Source: Gemmatimonadota bacterium (lineage in GTDB: Bacteria; Gemmatimonadota; Gemmatimonadetes; Longimicrobiales; Gaopeijiaceae). Taken from it: a stretch of DNA of 29,262 bases. Location: assembly GCA_039589315.1 (NCBI GenBank), contig JBDHHQ010000055.1:1-29262 (forward strand). Direction: 5' to 3'. Below the pieces are notes generated by a model that was not told the DNA's origin, made no database searches, and was given only the letters and a program-made list of their open reading frames with translations. Positions 9,469-19,248 of the stretch are shown in pieces (position 1 is the first letter of the stretch; each line of letters starts with the position of its first letter). Position numbers and translations under genes: made by a program.

Positions 9469-9682
9469 GGCGGTTCGGGAGGTAGCTAGGAAGAAGGGAG
9501 CGGCTGTCGTCGTTGAACATGGAGAATACGGCGGGTGCGCCGCTGTCGGGAGATCCCCTGCCAGACATGCGGAGTTTTCCCGGTGTCGTAGAGCCGTACC
9601 GGGCCGTTTCTTGCATCCGGACCGTCCGGCGTCCAGCTTCCGCCGGTCGTTGTCACCCTTCTTATCGACGGTCCGTCTGGAT

Positions 9683-10419
9683 GTGCGACTTCGCAGCCCC
9701 CAGGATGCTTTGAATCCCCTACTGCGGCGTCGACGTGCACAGGTCGAGGCGAGCCTCGCCCAGGCAGGGCAGCTGCATACCCTGTCGCTGGCGCGATGGC
9801 GACTGCACTCGGTCCTATCCGAGGCCATCGCGCGATACGGTACCGGCCGATATCTCGACGCGGGCTCGGGGCGCTCACCCTACCGGGCGTTGCTCGAGGA
9901 AGTGGGGATGGAGGTCGTGTCCATCGACGTGGAGGACCGTTCGGGCGACGTGGACCTCTTGGCCGATATCCAATCCATGCCGAAGGTCGCGTCGGCTTCG
10001 TTCGACACGATCCTATGCACTCAGGTACTCGAGCACGTGCCGCGGCCGTGGGACGCCGTGGCCGAGCTGGCCGTGTGTTGGCCCCGGGCGGGACGATGAT
10101 CCTCACCGTGCCTCACGACTATTACCGGTTCACGCAGTTCGGGCTGTGTGCGCTCTGCGAGGACGCCGGACTGGATGTGGTCGAGGTCGAAGCGACGGGA
10201 GGGCTCTTCACGTTTCTGGGCCACGGCGCGAGCGGACTGATGATGAGCACGCTGGGCACCCTGCCCTTCGTGCGTTGGCCTGTCTGGCTCACGAACTACG
10301 TCTTTCTGGTGCTGCTACTCGGCCTGGTCGACCGGGCGTTCGGTATGCCTCGGCTGTATCCCTGTGACCACCTGCTGGTGGCACGGAGGGGCGACAGGGG
10401 AGACACGCGCGATGGGTGA
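9683..10419 (+). pseudogene. Class I SAM methyltransferase (Methyltransf_11-like), 1-nt frameshift at ~10071
   Basis: LDAGSGRSPY and FDTILCTQVLEHVPRP lie in one frame, RVLAPGGTMILTVPHDYYRFT in another. Adding one C at 10071-10072 restores AELARVLAPGG. The start (GTG 9683) is uncertain and the frameshift may be a sequencing error. Confidence 0.8.
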
Positions 10420-11521
10420 ACGGCCGGTGCGAGCGCTAGTCGTGAGCAACACGCTCGCGACAGGCGGAGCTCAGCGCGTGACCAGCACCCTGCTTCGCCA
10501 CTTCGATCGGGAGAAGGTTCGGCCCGCCCTGGCGTTGCTTCGACCGGAAGTCGCCTACCCGCTTCCGGATGACGTACCGGTTCATCTCCTGGGGTACCGC
10601 GGCGTGCTCAGCTTCATCGCGACCGCCCGCCGCCTGCGTGGATTGATCGATGACGCGGAGCCCGATGTCGTGCTGAGCAACGTCAACGCCACCAACCTCA
10701 TTACCGGTTGGGCGCTTCGCAGCGCCCGGCATCGGCCACGGTGGGTGGCGAGGGTGGGAGCGCATCCGAAGGAGAACGATCGGGGCATGCGCAAGGTGGT
10801 CGCGCGGAGGGTCTACGGCCGTGCGGATCGGGTGGTGGTGAACTCACGCGGTTTGGGTGAGGCCGTGGCCACGCACTACCCAGGGTGCGTGGAAGCCATC
10901 ACGTGCATCCCGAATCCCACCGACTTCGAGCTGATCGATACACTCGCTCGGGAGCCGCCACCTCTGCAGCGACCCAGCGGCACGCCCGTGATCATCGCGG
11001 TGGGCCGGCTCTTCCGCCCAAAGCGCTACGACGTGATGCTGCGCGCGTTCGCCGAGGTGCGCTCGGTGCGCTCGGCGGAGCTCCGGATCTGCGGGGACGG
11101 GCCGGAGCGGGCGGCACTCCGACGATTGTCGAGCCGCCTGGGCATCGAGGATTCGGTCCGCTGGATGGGCTTCGTAGACAATCCCTACAGTGTGATGCGT
11201 CAGGCGGACCTGTTCCTCATGACCAGCGAGAACGAAGGCCTCCCCAACGCCCTCATCGAAGCCCAGGGTCTTGGACTGCCGGCTGTCTCGACCGATTGCC
11301 CCCACGGCCCGAGCGAGATCATCGTGGACGGCGTGACGGGCTTGCTGGTGCGGGTGGGGGACACCACTGGCATCAGTGATGCCATGACGCGATTGCTGCT
11401 CGACGAGCCGTGGCGTCTGGAATTGGGGCGGTCCGCGAGGATCGTGGCGCGGCGCCAGTTCGACAATGCCGTGCTGACGGCTACCTGGGAGCAGTGCCTC
11501 TCAGATCGTGGATTCCAATGA
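10412..11521 (+). CDS. Glycosyltransferase family 4 (PglJ/WabH-like)
   Basis: GGAQRV, VGRLFRPKRYD, EGLPNALIEA (EX7E), DCPHGPSEII. The ATG at 10412 overlaps the end of the upstream gene. Confidence 0.93.
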   Translation: MGERPVRALVVSNTLATGGAQRVTSTLLRHFDREKVRPALALLRPEVAYPLPDDVPVHLLGYRGVLSFIATARRLRGLIDDAEPDVVLSNVNATNLITGWALRSARHRPRWVARVGAHPKENDRGMRKVVARRVYGRADRVVVNSRGLGEAVATHYPGCVEAITCIPNPTDFELIDTLAREPPPLQRPSGTPVIIAVGRLFRPKRYDVMLRAFAEVRSVRSAELRICGDGPERAALRRLSSRLGIEDSVRWMGFVDNPYSVMRQADLFLMTSENEGLPNALIEAQGLGLPAVSTDCPHGPSEIIVDGVTGLLVRVGDTTGISDAMTRLLLDEPWRLELGRSARIVARRQFDNAVLTATWEQCLSDRGFQ

Positions 11522-12657
11522 ACCTGGTGTTCCTCTCGTCGTCGCTGGCCATGGGCGGCGCGGAGCGGGTTATTGCCTTGCTCACAGGTGGCCTAGCGGA
11601 CAGAGGGCACTCGGTCGCGTTGATCACGACGACCTCGCGACGAGACTTCTTCAGCCCCTCACCCAACGTCGAGAGAGTCGCGCTCGACCTCACCGGTCAG
11701 CCGGCCGGGACGGCAGCGCGTCTTCGCAACGTTCCTGGAGCCATGAGAGGCGTGGCGAGCGGCCTGCCAGCCCTCAACCAGGCCCTGGCGTCCCGTGATC
11801 CTGATCTCGTCGTCTCGTTCCAAAGTCAATTGAACGTGGTGACCCTGGCAGTCGTGCGCGGACGATGGCCGGTCGTGATCTCGGAGCGGACCGATCCTGC
11901 CCGGGCGCACCTGGGCGTGGGGTGGCGCGTACTCAGGCGGCTGCTGTATCCGCGTGCCTCCGCCCTGGTGAGTCCGAGCCGGGGAGTCGATCGAGGCCTG
12001 AGCTGGATTCCGGAGCGCAAACGGTTGGTCGTGTACAACCCTGTCGAGACCGGGACTGATGCCGACGCCCAGCCGCTGCCGGCCGCGCTTTCGTCCGGCT
12101 GCTTCGTCGTGGCCATGGGCCGGATGATCCCGGAGAAGGGATTTGACCTGCTGCTCGAAGCGTTCGCCCGTGTCAGTGGCCGCCACCCCGATTGGCGACT
12201 GGTGGTTCTGGGTGAGGGGCCGGAGAGAGCCCCTCTCGAGCGGCAGATCACGCGACTTGGCCTTGGAGAGATGACAGTGCTTCTGGGTGCGGTCGCCGAG
12301 CCTGCCCCGATCCTTCGGGAGGCCGGGATCTTCGCGATGACGTCCAGACGCGAGGGGTCTCCGAACGCGTTGGTCGAGGCTATGGCCTGCGGCGTTCCCG
12401 CAGTCAGCTTCGACTGCCCCTCCGGACCAGCGGAGTTGATCCGTCACGGAGAGAACGGGCTACTTCTGCCGGCGGGGGACGTCGCGGCGTTTGCCGACGC
12501 CCTCTCGCGATTGATGGAGAATGCGCGTCTCCGGCACCGGATGGCGAACGCCGCGCGCTTCTCGGTGGCGCGGTTCGCGCTGGGGGACATCCTGGACCAG
12601 TGGGAGCAGAGGGTGTTTCCACTCGCTCTCGGAAGGAGTAGGACCCGCTCCGCGTGA
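11518..12657 (+). CDS. Glycosyltransferase family 4 (AmsD/PglH-like)
   Basis: GGAERV, VISERTDP, GRMIPEKGFD, EGSPNALVEAMACG. ATGA overlap at 11518-11521. Confidence 0.93.
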   Translation: MNLVFLSSSLAMGGAERVIALLTGGLADRGHSVALITTTSRRDFFSPSPNVERVALDLTGQPAGTAARLRNVPGAMRGVASGLPALNQALASRDPDLVVSFQSQLNVVTLAVVRGRWPVVISERTDPARAHLGVGWRVLRRLLYPRASALVSPSRGVDRGLSWIPERKRLVVYNPVETGTDADAQPLPAALSSGCFVVAMGRMIPEKGFDLLLEAFARVSGRHPDWRLVVLGEGPERAPLERQITRLGLGEMTVLLGAVAEPAPILREAGIFAMTSRREGSPNALVEAMACGVPAVSFDCPSGPAELIRHGENGLLLPAGDVAAFADALSRLMENARLRHRMANAARFSVARFALGDILDQWEQRVFPLALGRSRTRSA

Positions 12658-12686
12658 GCCTCGTCGCGCGGCCAGACAGGCACGGA

Positions 12687-13802
12687 TCAGCCGCGTTCAG
12701 GCTCCGTGAGGGTATAGAACAAACGGTACCACTCTCCGAGGATCACCTCGGCGCGGTAGCGAGCAGCATGCTCAGCGCCGCGCGTGGAAAGCCTCCTTCT
12801 GAGCTCCTCGCTGTCCATCAGGCGCTTCAATCCCTCTGCAAGCCTATTCGGGTCATCCACTGGCACGAGAAGACCGTTGTCGCCGTCGATGATGATGTCG
12901 CGCGGGCCACTCTCGCAGTCGGTGACCACGACGGGGAGACCGCACGCCATTGCCTCGACGATAACGTTCCCAAAGCCCTCGAAGCGTGAGGCGAGCGCAA
13001 ACACGTCACACTGTTCCAGGATCGCGAAGGGATTGCCCTGGTTACCAGGGAGATGGACACGGTCCACCAGGCCGAGCCCAGAGACCTTCGCCTCGAGGGA
13101 GAGTCTTTCGGGTCCTTCGCCCAGAATCACGAGGTCCCATTCGGCGTAGTCGCCGGACACCTTTGAAAAGGCTTCCACCAGGACGTCGAAGCCTTTGAAG
13201 CGTCTCAGCCTGCCCATCGAGACTATGACCTTGGTGTCACGAGGAGGACGCCACTCCGGCGAGGCCCCTCTCATGTCGTCGATATCCAGAGGCAGCGGAT
13301 TGGGGATAACCCGCCGTCTGACCTGTGGGATCCACGGGAACTGGCTGTCCACGCCGTGGCTCGCGCTCACGAGGAACGAACACCAGCGATACGAGGCGCG
13401 CCCCGCCAGACGGAACGGCATAGGCGCGGGTTGACTCTTCGGATCGGTGTGCTCGGTCACGATCACGGGGATTCCGGTGGCCAGTAGGGCCACGAGGACC
13501 CGTACGTTGGTCACACCCATGAAGGAGATCACCACGTCCGGGCCGAATGTGAGCATGGATCGCCGGATTCTCCGGAGCCGGACGAGGTTGTTCCAGGCGC
13601 GCCGAATGACGCCCCTGCGGGGGAAGGGGCCGAACCAACTTCGTCGAACGCTCTCCGAGAGTGGATAGAGATCGTCTTCAGGCGGCTGGCTGGTGAGAAC
13701 CAGCACGTCGTGTCCATCGCGGGCGAAGCCGTCGGCCATTACCGTGGCTACCCGCTCGGCCCCGCCCGCGCCCAGCGAGTGGATGATCAGCGCGACCCTC
13801 AA
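12687..13802 (-). CDS. Glycosyltransferase family 4 (AmsD/PglH-like)
   Basis: GGAERV, GRLRRFKGFD, EGFGNVIVEAMACG. Probable TTG start at 13802 in a TTGA overlap with the FkbM gene stop (the ORF track starts at 13817). Confidence 0.92.
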   Translation of the reverse strand: MRVALIIHSLGAGGAERVATVMADGFARDGHDVLVLTSQPPEDDLYPLSESVRRSWFGPFPRRGVIRRAWNNLVRLRRIRRSMLTFGPDVVISFMGVTNVRVLVALLATGIPVIVTEHTDPKSQPAPMPFRLAGRASYRWCSFLVSASHGVDSQFPWIPQVRRRVIPNPLPLDIDDMRGASPEWRPPRDTKVIVSMGRLRRFKGFDVLVEAFSKVSGDYAEWDLVILGEGPERLSLEAKVSGLGLVDRVHLPGNQGNPFAILEQCDVFALASRFEGFGNVIVEAMACGLPVVVTDCESGPRDIIIDGDNGLLVPVDDPNRLAEGLKRLMDSEELRRRLSTRGAEHAARYRAEVILGEWYRLFYTLTEPERG

Positions 13803-14689
13803 TCCACCGCCTCGCAAAGGACGTTCTGGGACTGACGGAGCTCGCCGGTGACCAGCGGAATCGCGCGACCGTCACCCCCCAGCCGGAACGTGTCGTAGCC
13901 CCTCCCAGTCACCCACTCCATCAGGTCGATCATCGAGTGCCCTGCCCTTCGGCAGTTCTCTTCCGCCAGCTCCAGGAGAATCCGCGGCTTGTGCGCCAGA
14001 ATCGTCCCCTCGCCCCCGATCAGCGCGTCGAGTTCGCCGCCTTCGATGTCGATCTTCATGACGTCCAACGGCTCGATCGGGTGTGCCCTTGCCAGGACAT
14101 CAAGGGACACAATCTCGACGTTCTCGGTATGGGCGCTGCGGCTGCCTCCTCTGAAGAGTGAGGGCAGGCCACTGTTGATGGTCCCGTCGTGGAACTTCTC
14201 TACCTGGGAGTAGATGGGTACGGTCGCTGATCTTTGACCCAGACCCAGCTGAAGAAGCTCGACGTTGGTGAACAGATTTGCCCGTACATTCTCGAGTAAC
14301 CGGACGTGCAGCCAGGGAACCGGCTCCATGGCAATGACTCGCCCCCGTGACAGGCGCTTGGCCGCGAATAGAGTCACTTCTCCTTGGTTCGCTCCGACGT
14401 CGAGCAGTGTCATTCCCGGCGTCAGCACGCGGTCCAGGCACCTCAGCACGTCGACGGAATAGGCGTCGCGCCAGAAGATATGGCTTCCGATGTGCTCACC
14501 CAGATCACAACGGAAGCTCAGCGTTCCATCGAAGTCGCGCACCTCCAGCTCGATCGGCATCCGCCTGGCGAACCATCGACGGAGTCTTTCGCGATGGCCC
14601 ATGACGCCGAAGAGCCTCGTCGGGACCCGCGAGAGCACGCGCAGGGCCCGGAGAGCCCCGATTGCCGGGCGATTCACCGGCGTCGTCAT
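13799..14689 (-). CDS. FkbM family methyltransferase
   Basis: LDVGANQG, AMEP and MKIDIEGGE motifs. Confidence 0.93.
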   Translation of the reverse strand: MTTPVNRPAIGALRALRVLSRVPTRLFGVMGHRERLRRWFARRMPIELEVRDFDGTLSFRCDLGEHIGSHIFWRDAYSVDVLRCLDRVLTPGMTLLDVGANQGEVTLFAAKRLSRGRVIAMEPVPWLHVRLLENVRANLFTNVELLQLGLGQRSATVPIYSQVEKFHDGTINSGLPSLFRGGSRSAHTENVEIVSLDVLARAHPIEPLDVMKIDIEGGELDALIGGEGTILAHKPRILLELAEENCRRAGHSMIDLMEWVTGRGYDTFRLGGDGRAIPLVTGELRQSQNVLCEAVD

Positions 14690-16032
14690 GGACTCGTCGT
14701 GATGCCCAGGATGGTCGGATCCAGTCGTCGGTGTCGGTACGCCACTACGACGAGCAACACGTTCCAGCCCACCATGGTCGTGGCGGTTGCCAGTGCGGCA
14801 CCCATGAGTCCAAGCTGCGGGATCAGAAGGCCATTCAGCGCGATATTGAACAACGCACTAGCGCCGAACACCCACGCCGCCCGCAGCTGTAGCCCGGTCA
14901 TCGTCATGAGACTGCCGACGGCTCCCGCGCCGCAGTTGACGACCTGGGCTGCCACGAGCACGACGAGTGCCGGCACCCCTTCCCTGAAGCTGCTGCCGAA
15001 GACGCCCAGCACATGCACCCCCGCGATCCATAGGACCAGGGCCACGGGTAAGGCGAACCCAAAGGACACCCGCGCGCCGAGAGTCAGGACCCGCTGGAGC
15101 TCGCGCCGGCGGCCAGTGGCATGGAGCTCCGCGATCTGCGGGGCGATGATGGCGTTCACGGCGCCGAGCATGAACGAGGTGAACACGGCCAAGCGACTGG
15201 CCACGGCGTAGATCCCCGCCTCTCTCGTGCCTCGCATCGCACCCAACATCAGCGTGTCGGTCTGGCCGAGGAGCAGCACGAAGCCGGATACGAGGAGGAG
15301 CTGGGATCCGACCGTCACCCATTCCCGCTTCGGTCCGTGGACATGGGTTCGCTTCGGCAGGGGCTGGACTTCTCGCGTCAGCACGAGCTCGACCACCGCG
15401 AGCGCCGCGAGCGTAGACAGAATGTTCAGCACCATGACCACAGGCGCGTCCAGGCGCTCCCGAGCCAGGACGAGGATTACGACGACGCCGAGGGAAACGA
15501 GCACCGGACGCAGCGGGTCCGGGGTCCGCGCCAACACCACACGCTTGAGCCCACGGAGCGCGCCGCTACGGACCTCCATCAGGGCGATCAGGGGCAGAAG
15601 AGCCGCGCCCGCCCAGAACGTGATCGCGAGCTCCTCGTCCAATCGGTCTCCCAAGGCGAGCACGGCAATGGTCATCGCGAGTGCGACGAAGATCGAGAAC
15701 GCCAAGGCCAGTTTGGCTGAGAACCGTAGGAATGCGTGCAATACATCGGGCCGCTGTTGGGCGCTGTATTCGGCGGCAAAACGGGCACCGGCAGCGTCCA
15801 TCCCGCCTGTCGACAGGCGTGAGAGCACGTGCACCCAGGTGATGGCGTAGATGTAGTACCCGTAGGAACCCACCCCCAGGAGCCGGGCGAGCAACACATG
15901 CATCGCGAATACGAACCCGGTAGCGGCTAGCCGAATCGTCAGGCTGCCGAGGGATCCCCGCGCCAGAACACCGCCAACCCCGGGGCTCAGTATGGCCACG
16001 CGAAGCCATGCGATCCGGTCCTCGAGCGACAT
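14686..16032 (-). CDS. Wzx-like oligosaccharide flippase (MOP/PST family)
   Basis: About 12 hydrophobic segments, LARLLGVGSYG, TDTLMLG...AGIYAVASRLA, LNGLLIPQLGLMGAALAT. Confidence 0.92.
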   Translation of the reverse strand: MSLEDRIAWLRVAILSPGVGGVLARGSLGSLTIRLAATGFVFAMHVLLARLLGVGSYGYYIYAITWVHVLSRLSTGGMDAAGARFAAEYSAQQRPDVLHAFLRFSAKLALAFSIFVALAMTIAVLALGDRLDEELAITFWAGAALLPLIALMEVRSGALRGLKRVVLARTPDPLRPVLVSLGVVVILVLARERLDAPVVMVLNILSTLAALAVVELVLTREVQPLPKRTHVHGPKREWVTVGSQLLLVSGFVLLLGQTDTLMLGAMRGTREAGIYAVASRLAVFTSFMLGAVNAIIAPQIAELHATGRRRELQRVLTLGARVSFGFALPVALVLWIAGVHVLGVFGSSFREGVPALVVLVAAQVVNCGAGAVGSLMTMTGLQLRAAWVFGASALFNIALNGLLIPQLGLMGAALATATTMVGWNVLLVVVAYRHRRLDPTILGITTSP

Positions 16033-16060
16033 CAGGGGCCCCGTTCAGCATCGGCGGTGC

Positions 16061-17974
16061 TCACCGCCCTACCGCCTCCAGCTTTGTCCTGACACGCTCC
16101 ACCACCGCCCCGAGCTGGGGAGGCGCGACCTCCACGAACCTGCGATACCAGGGAACCGCCTCGTCCATCCGCCCGAGGCGCTCCAGCGTCTGGGCCAGGT
16201 TGTACAAGGCCTCGGCGTTGCTGTCGTCGAGCCGCACCGCGGTCTCGTACTCGGCGAGCGCCGCGTCGAGGAGGTTGGCCAGCGCGTACACGTTCCCGAG
16301 CTGGTTGTGGGCCACAGAGCTTTCCGGCCGGAGCTCCACGGCCCTCTGGAGAGCCGGGATTCCCTCGAAGGGCCGCCCTGCCCTGCCGAACTGTACTCCG
16401 ACGCCCATGAACTGCTGGAAGGCCTCGTCTGTTCTGCCCGCCTGCTGGAGGGCGAGTCCAGCTCGGAAGGGAGCGTCGAACCTGGAAGGATCCAGCACCG
16501 TTGCCTCCCGGTAGACTTCATACGCTTCCCCCGCGGCGCCCGTCGCCCGGTAGACGTCTCCCAGCTTCAGCCGACTGTCGTAGTCGGTGGCATCCAGCGC
16601 CACGGCGAGCTGTGCGGGAGCGAGGGCTTCCTCCGCCCGGCCCACCTCCAACAGGGCCTGAGCCAGGAACACCTGAGCCCGGGGCTTTTCGGGCGACTTC
16701 TCCGCGATGTCCCGGTGGAACTCGATGGGATCGGCCCAGAGCGCGTTCCGGGCGAACGTGGCCGTGCCGAGCAGGGGAGCGATCACGAGGCCAGCGCCGA
16801 GTGCCGGCCTCAGCCTAGCGCGCGGGAGCTCGGCCAAAGCCGCGGCTGGTAGGAGCATGAGCATAGCCAGGGGCAGATACAGCCGATGCTCGAAGACCAG
16901 CTCCAGGTTGAACGGCCCGGCCTCGATCAGGTGGCACTCCATGTATGCGAGCAGAGGAAACCCGTAGAGGGGGCGGCGGCGTGCCAGAAGCAACGCCCCG
17001 ACGACGGCGAGGGCCCAGAACGCCACGGCCGGCAACGTCGAAGCCGGATCGAGAAGGCCACGGGATACGGCTACGTCGTGGTCGAGATTCAGGCGGCCAG
17101 GAGTGGGCCAGACGATCAGGCTGAGATAGAGCAGCCCGACCCGACTCTGGGTCAGGACCCGCTCCACAGCGCTGAAGTCCCGGGCCGGTAGCGTCTCGAG
17201 CCAGGTGGACGGGCTCCCGGCGAACCGCAGCCCGAGAGCGCCGATCACCAGAGCGGCCCCGAGGGCAGCGACGGAGACGGCAGCTTTCTTCGCCGGTTCC
17301 CAAGATCTCCAGGCCTCTCGGACCGCATCCGCCCTGAGGCCGCCGAAGCACCACTCCCACGTGAGCACGACCAGCGGCAACACCGCAGCGTTCTCCTTGC
17401 TGCCAAGGCCGAAGAGCCAAAACAGCGCTGCGGCCGTGAACCAACCCCACCGCGGCCGCGCGGACGACGCCCTTCGCCCCTTCAGGTACGCCGCGAAGGA
17501 GAGGATACAGAATAGGGCCGCCAGGACCGTCATGCGTTGCACGACGTAGGTCACGGCCTGCGTGTTGACCGCATGCAGGAGAAACAGCGCCGCGGGCAAG
17601 AGCACGGCGGCTCGCGTGGTCGCGTCCTCCCCTGCCCGCGCGCCGCGCAGATACAGGACGGACAGCCATGCCAGAGCCGAGCCCGTCGCGAGGTGGAGGA
17701 GCACGTTGACGAGATGATAGCCACGAGGGTCGAGACCGCCGGCGAGGTGGTTCAGAGCGAAGGACACGTTCGCCACGACGCGGCGGGAGTTGAACGTGTA
17801 GGTCAGCGCCTGGGAGAGCGCCTCCCGGGAAATCTCCGTCCAATGCAGGGAAGGCGCCTCGACGATGTTCCAGAAGTCATCGAAGATCCACCCCACCCGG
17901 AGGGCGGGTAGGTAGGCCAGGAACGCCACGAGCAGGGCGCCTGCCCAAACCACCGTCTTCTTCCGTGACGTCAC
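16061..17974 (-). CDS. TMTC-like membrane GT-C glycosyltransferase with C-terminal TPR repeats
   Basis: GTG start at 17974 (GTGA overlap, 637 aa). Motifs FDD after TM1, YHLVNVLLH, H...TQAVTYVVQR, SKE, FEHRLYLP and RNALW, followed by about 5-6 TPRs. Confidence 0.85.
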   Translation of the reverse strand: MTSRKKTVVWAGALLVAFLAYLPALRVGWIFDDFWNIVEAPSLHWTEISREALSQALTYTFNSRRVVANVSFALNHLAGGLDPRGYHLVNVLLHLATGSALAWLSVLYLRGARAGEDATTRAAVLLPAALFLLHAVNTQAVTYVVQRMTVLAALFCILSFAAYLKGRRASSARPRWGWFTAAALFWLFGLGSKENAAVLPLVVLTWEWCFGGLRADAVREAWRSWEPAKKAAVSVAALGAALVIGALGLRFAGSPSTWLETLPARDFSAVERVLTQSRVGLLYLSLIVWPTPGRLNLDHDVAVSRGLLDPASTLPAVAFWALAVVGALLLARRRPLYGFPLLAYMECHLIEAGPFNLELVFEHRLYLPLAMLMLLPAAALAELPRARLRPALGAGLVIAPLLGTATFARNALWADPIEFHRDIAEKSPEKPRAQVFLAQALLEVGRAEEALAPAQLAVALDATDYDSRLKLGDVYRATGAAGEAYEVYREATVLDPSRFDAPFRAGLALQQAGRTDEAFQQFMGVGVQFGRAGRPFEGIPALQRAVELRPESSVAHNQLGNVYALANLLDAALAEYETAVRLDDSNAEALYNLAQTLERLGRMDEAVPWYRRFVEVAPPQLGAVVERVRTKLEAVGR

Positions 17975-19248
17975 GTCTCCCGCTCGGCGTGCGGGGACGA
18001 CAGAGGGCGCCGAACGCTTCCGGCAACCGCGGTTTCCAGGTACCCGAGATAATCGTCGGCCACCGATGCCCAATCGTGGCCTCGAGCCGTGCGAGCGGCG
18101 TTGCGCGTCACCGCATCCGCGTCGCGCGCCTCCAGGGACTCGACGATCCGGGCGGCGAGGTCCTCGGGATCCTGCTCCCGGCACAACCAGCCGTTCTCCC
18201 TGTGCCGAAGCACGTCGGGGATCCCATCCACCGCAGAGCCCACCACCCGCACCCCCGCGGCCATGCTCTCCAGCACGACCGTGGGCATGCCCTCGGTCTC
18301 GCCGCGAGAGTCGATGATGGAGGGAACGACGGCCGCGCGGCAATCATGTAGGTAGCGCACGATATCTGCGTGAGGCCGCCTCCCCAGGAACCGCACCCGG
18401 TCGGCTACTCCGAGGCGCTTGGCCTCGGCCTCGAGCTTCGGACGCTCTGGCCCGTCGCCGATGACGACGAGTCCGAGGCCAGGGTACCGCTCCACTACAT
18501 CCGGGAGGGCACGGATCAGGAAGACCGTGCCCTTCTTCTCGGACAGACGTCCGAAGAACAGCAGGAATCCCTCAGGGAAACCCGTTCGCACGCCATCCTG
18601 GATGTCGGACCCTTCGTGTCGCCCGAAGATCGACGTATCGACACCCATGGGTCGTAGTAACGCATTGCTCGGCTCGGCCAGGAGGCGGTCCAGGGCGTCG
18701 CGAACGTGGCTCCCATCGGCCAGCACGACTCGGCTGCGAGCGACGACGTACCGGGCCACCGCAGGTCCCAGCGGAATGCGGCGAAGCAGATAGACGCCCC
18801 CCGCATGGGCATGCAGAACCAGCGGAATGCGGTGGCTGCCTCCGCACGCCCAGGAGCTGGTCAGCCCAGAAGGCACGATCCAGTGGGCGTTCACGACGTC
18901 GATAGCATGCGCTCTCACGAGGCGTCGGGTGGCATGTGCCTGCGTGGCGAGGAACGTGGGCACCTGTGCCCCGGCCAGCCACGAAGCCCGGAGATTCTCC
19001 CGCATGCCTTCACCCAGGGCAAGCCGTTGCGCCCGACGGGGGGTGAAGTACGAGAATCGGTGAACCTCCACTCCCTCGAGCGTCTCCCGGCGAGCGGCGC
19101 CCGGCGCGTCCGGCGCCAACACCGAGACGTCGGCATGGGCAACGAGCGATCGGGCCAGGTCGAAGACGAATCGCGGGATGCCGTCCCCCTCGTGGACCGG
19201 GAACGTGCTGGTGGTGATGAGGACCCGCAGGCGGCGGCCGAGTGTCAC
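17971..19248 (-). CDS. Glycosyltransferase family 4
   Basis: TSTFP, AHWIVPSG, FGRLSEKKG, EGMPTVVLESMAAG. GTGA overlap with the GT2 gene. Confidence 0.93.
   Translation of the reverse strand: MTLGRRLRVLITTSTFPVHEGDGIPRFVFDLARSLVAHADVSVLAPDAPGAARRETLEGVEVHRFSYFTPRRAQRLALGEGMRENLRASWLAGAQVPTFLATQAHATRRLVRAHAIDVVNAHWIVPSGLTSSWACGGSHRIPLVLHAHAGGVYLLRRIPLGPAVARYVVARSRVVLADGSHVRDALDRLLAEPSNALLRPMGVDTSIFGRHEGSDIQDGVRTGFPEGFLLFFGRLSEKKGTVFLIRALPDVVERYPGLGLVVIGDGPERPKLEAEAKRLGVADRVRFLGRRPHADIVRYLHDCRAAVVPSIIDSRGETEGMPTVVLESMAAGVRVVGSAVDGIPDVLRHRENGWLCREQDPEDLAARIVESLEARDADAVTRNAARTARGHDWASVADDYLGYLETAVAGSVRRPLSSPHAERET

Noticed and set aside
7726..9489. 587 aa plus-strand ORF (and similar long ORFs such as 3557-4966, 1470-2687, 22132-23511, 25909-27420)
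   Set aside because: Antisense or off-frame shadows of well-supported genes. They carry no motifs and are expected in high-GC DNA.
17975..18343. N-terminal extension of the TMTC-like ORF (likewise the track starts at 8766, 9828, 10364, 11410 and 20355)
   Set aside because: These extensions are low-complexity or overlap neighbouring genes. Downstream starts with stop/start overlaps, an RBS or a signal peptide fit better.
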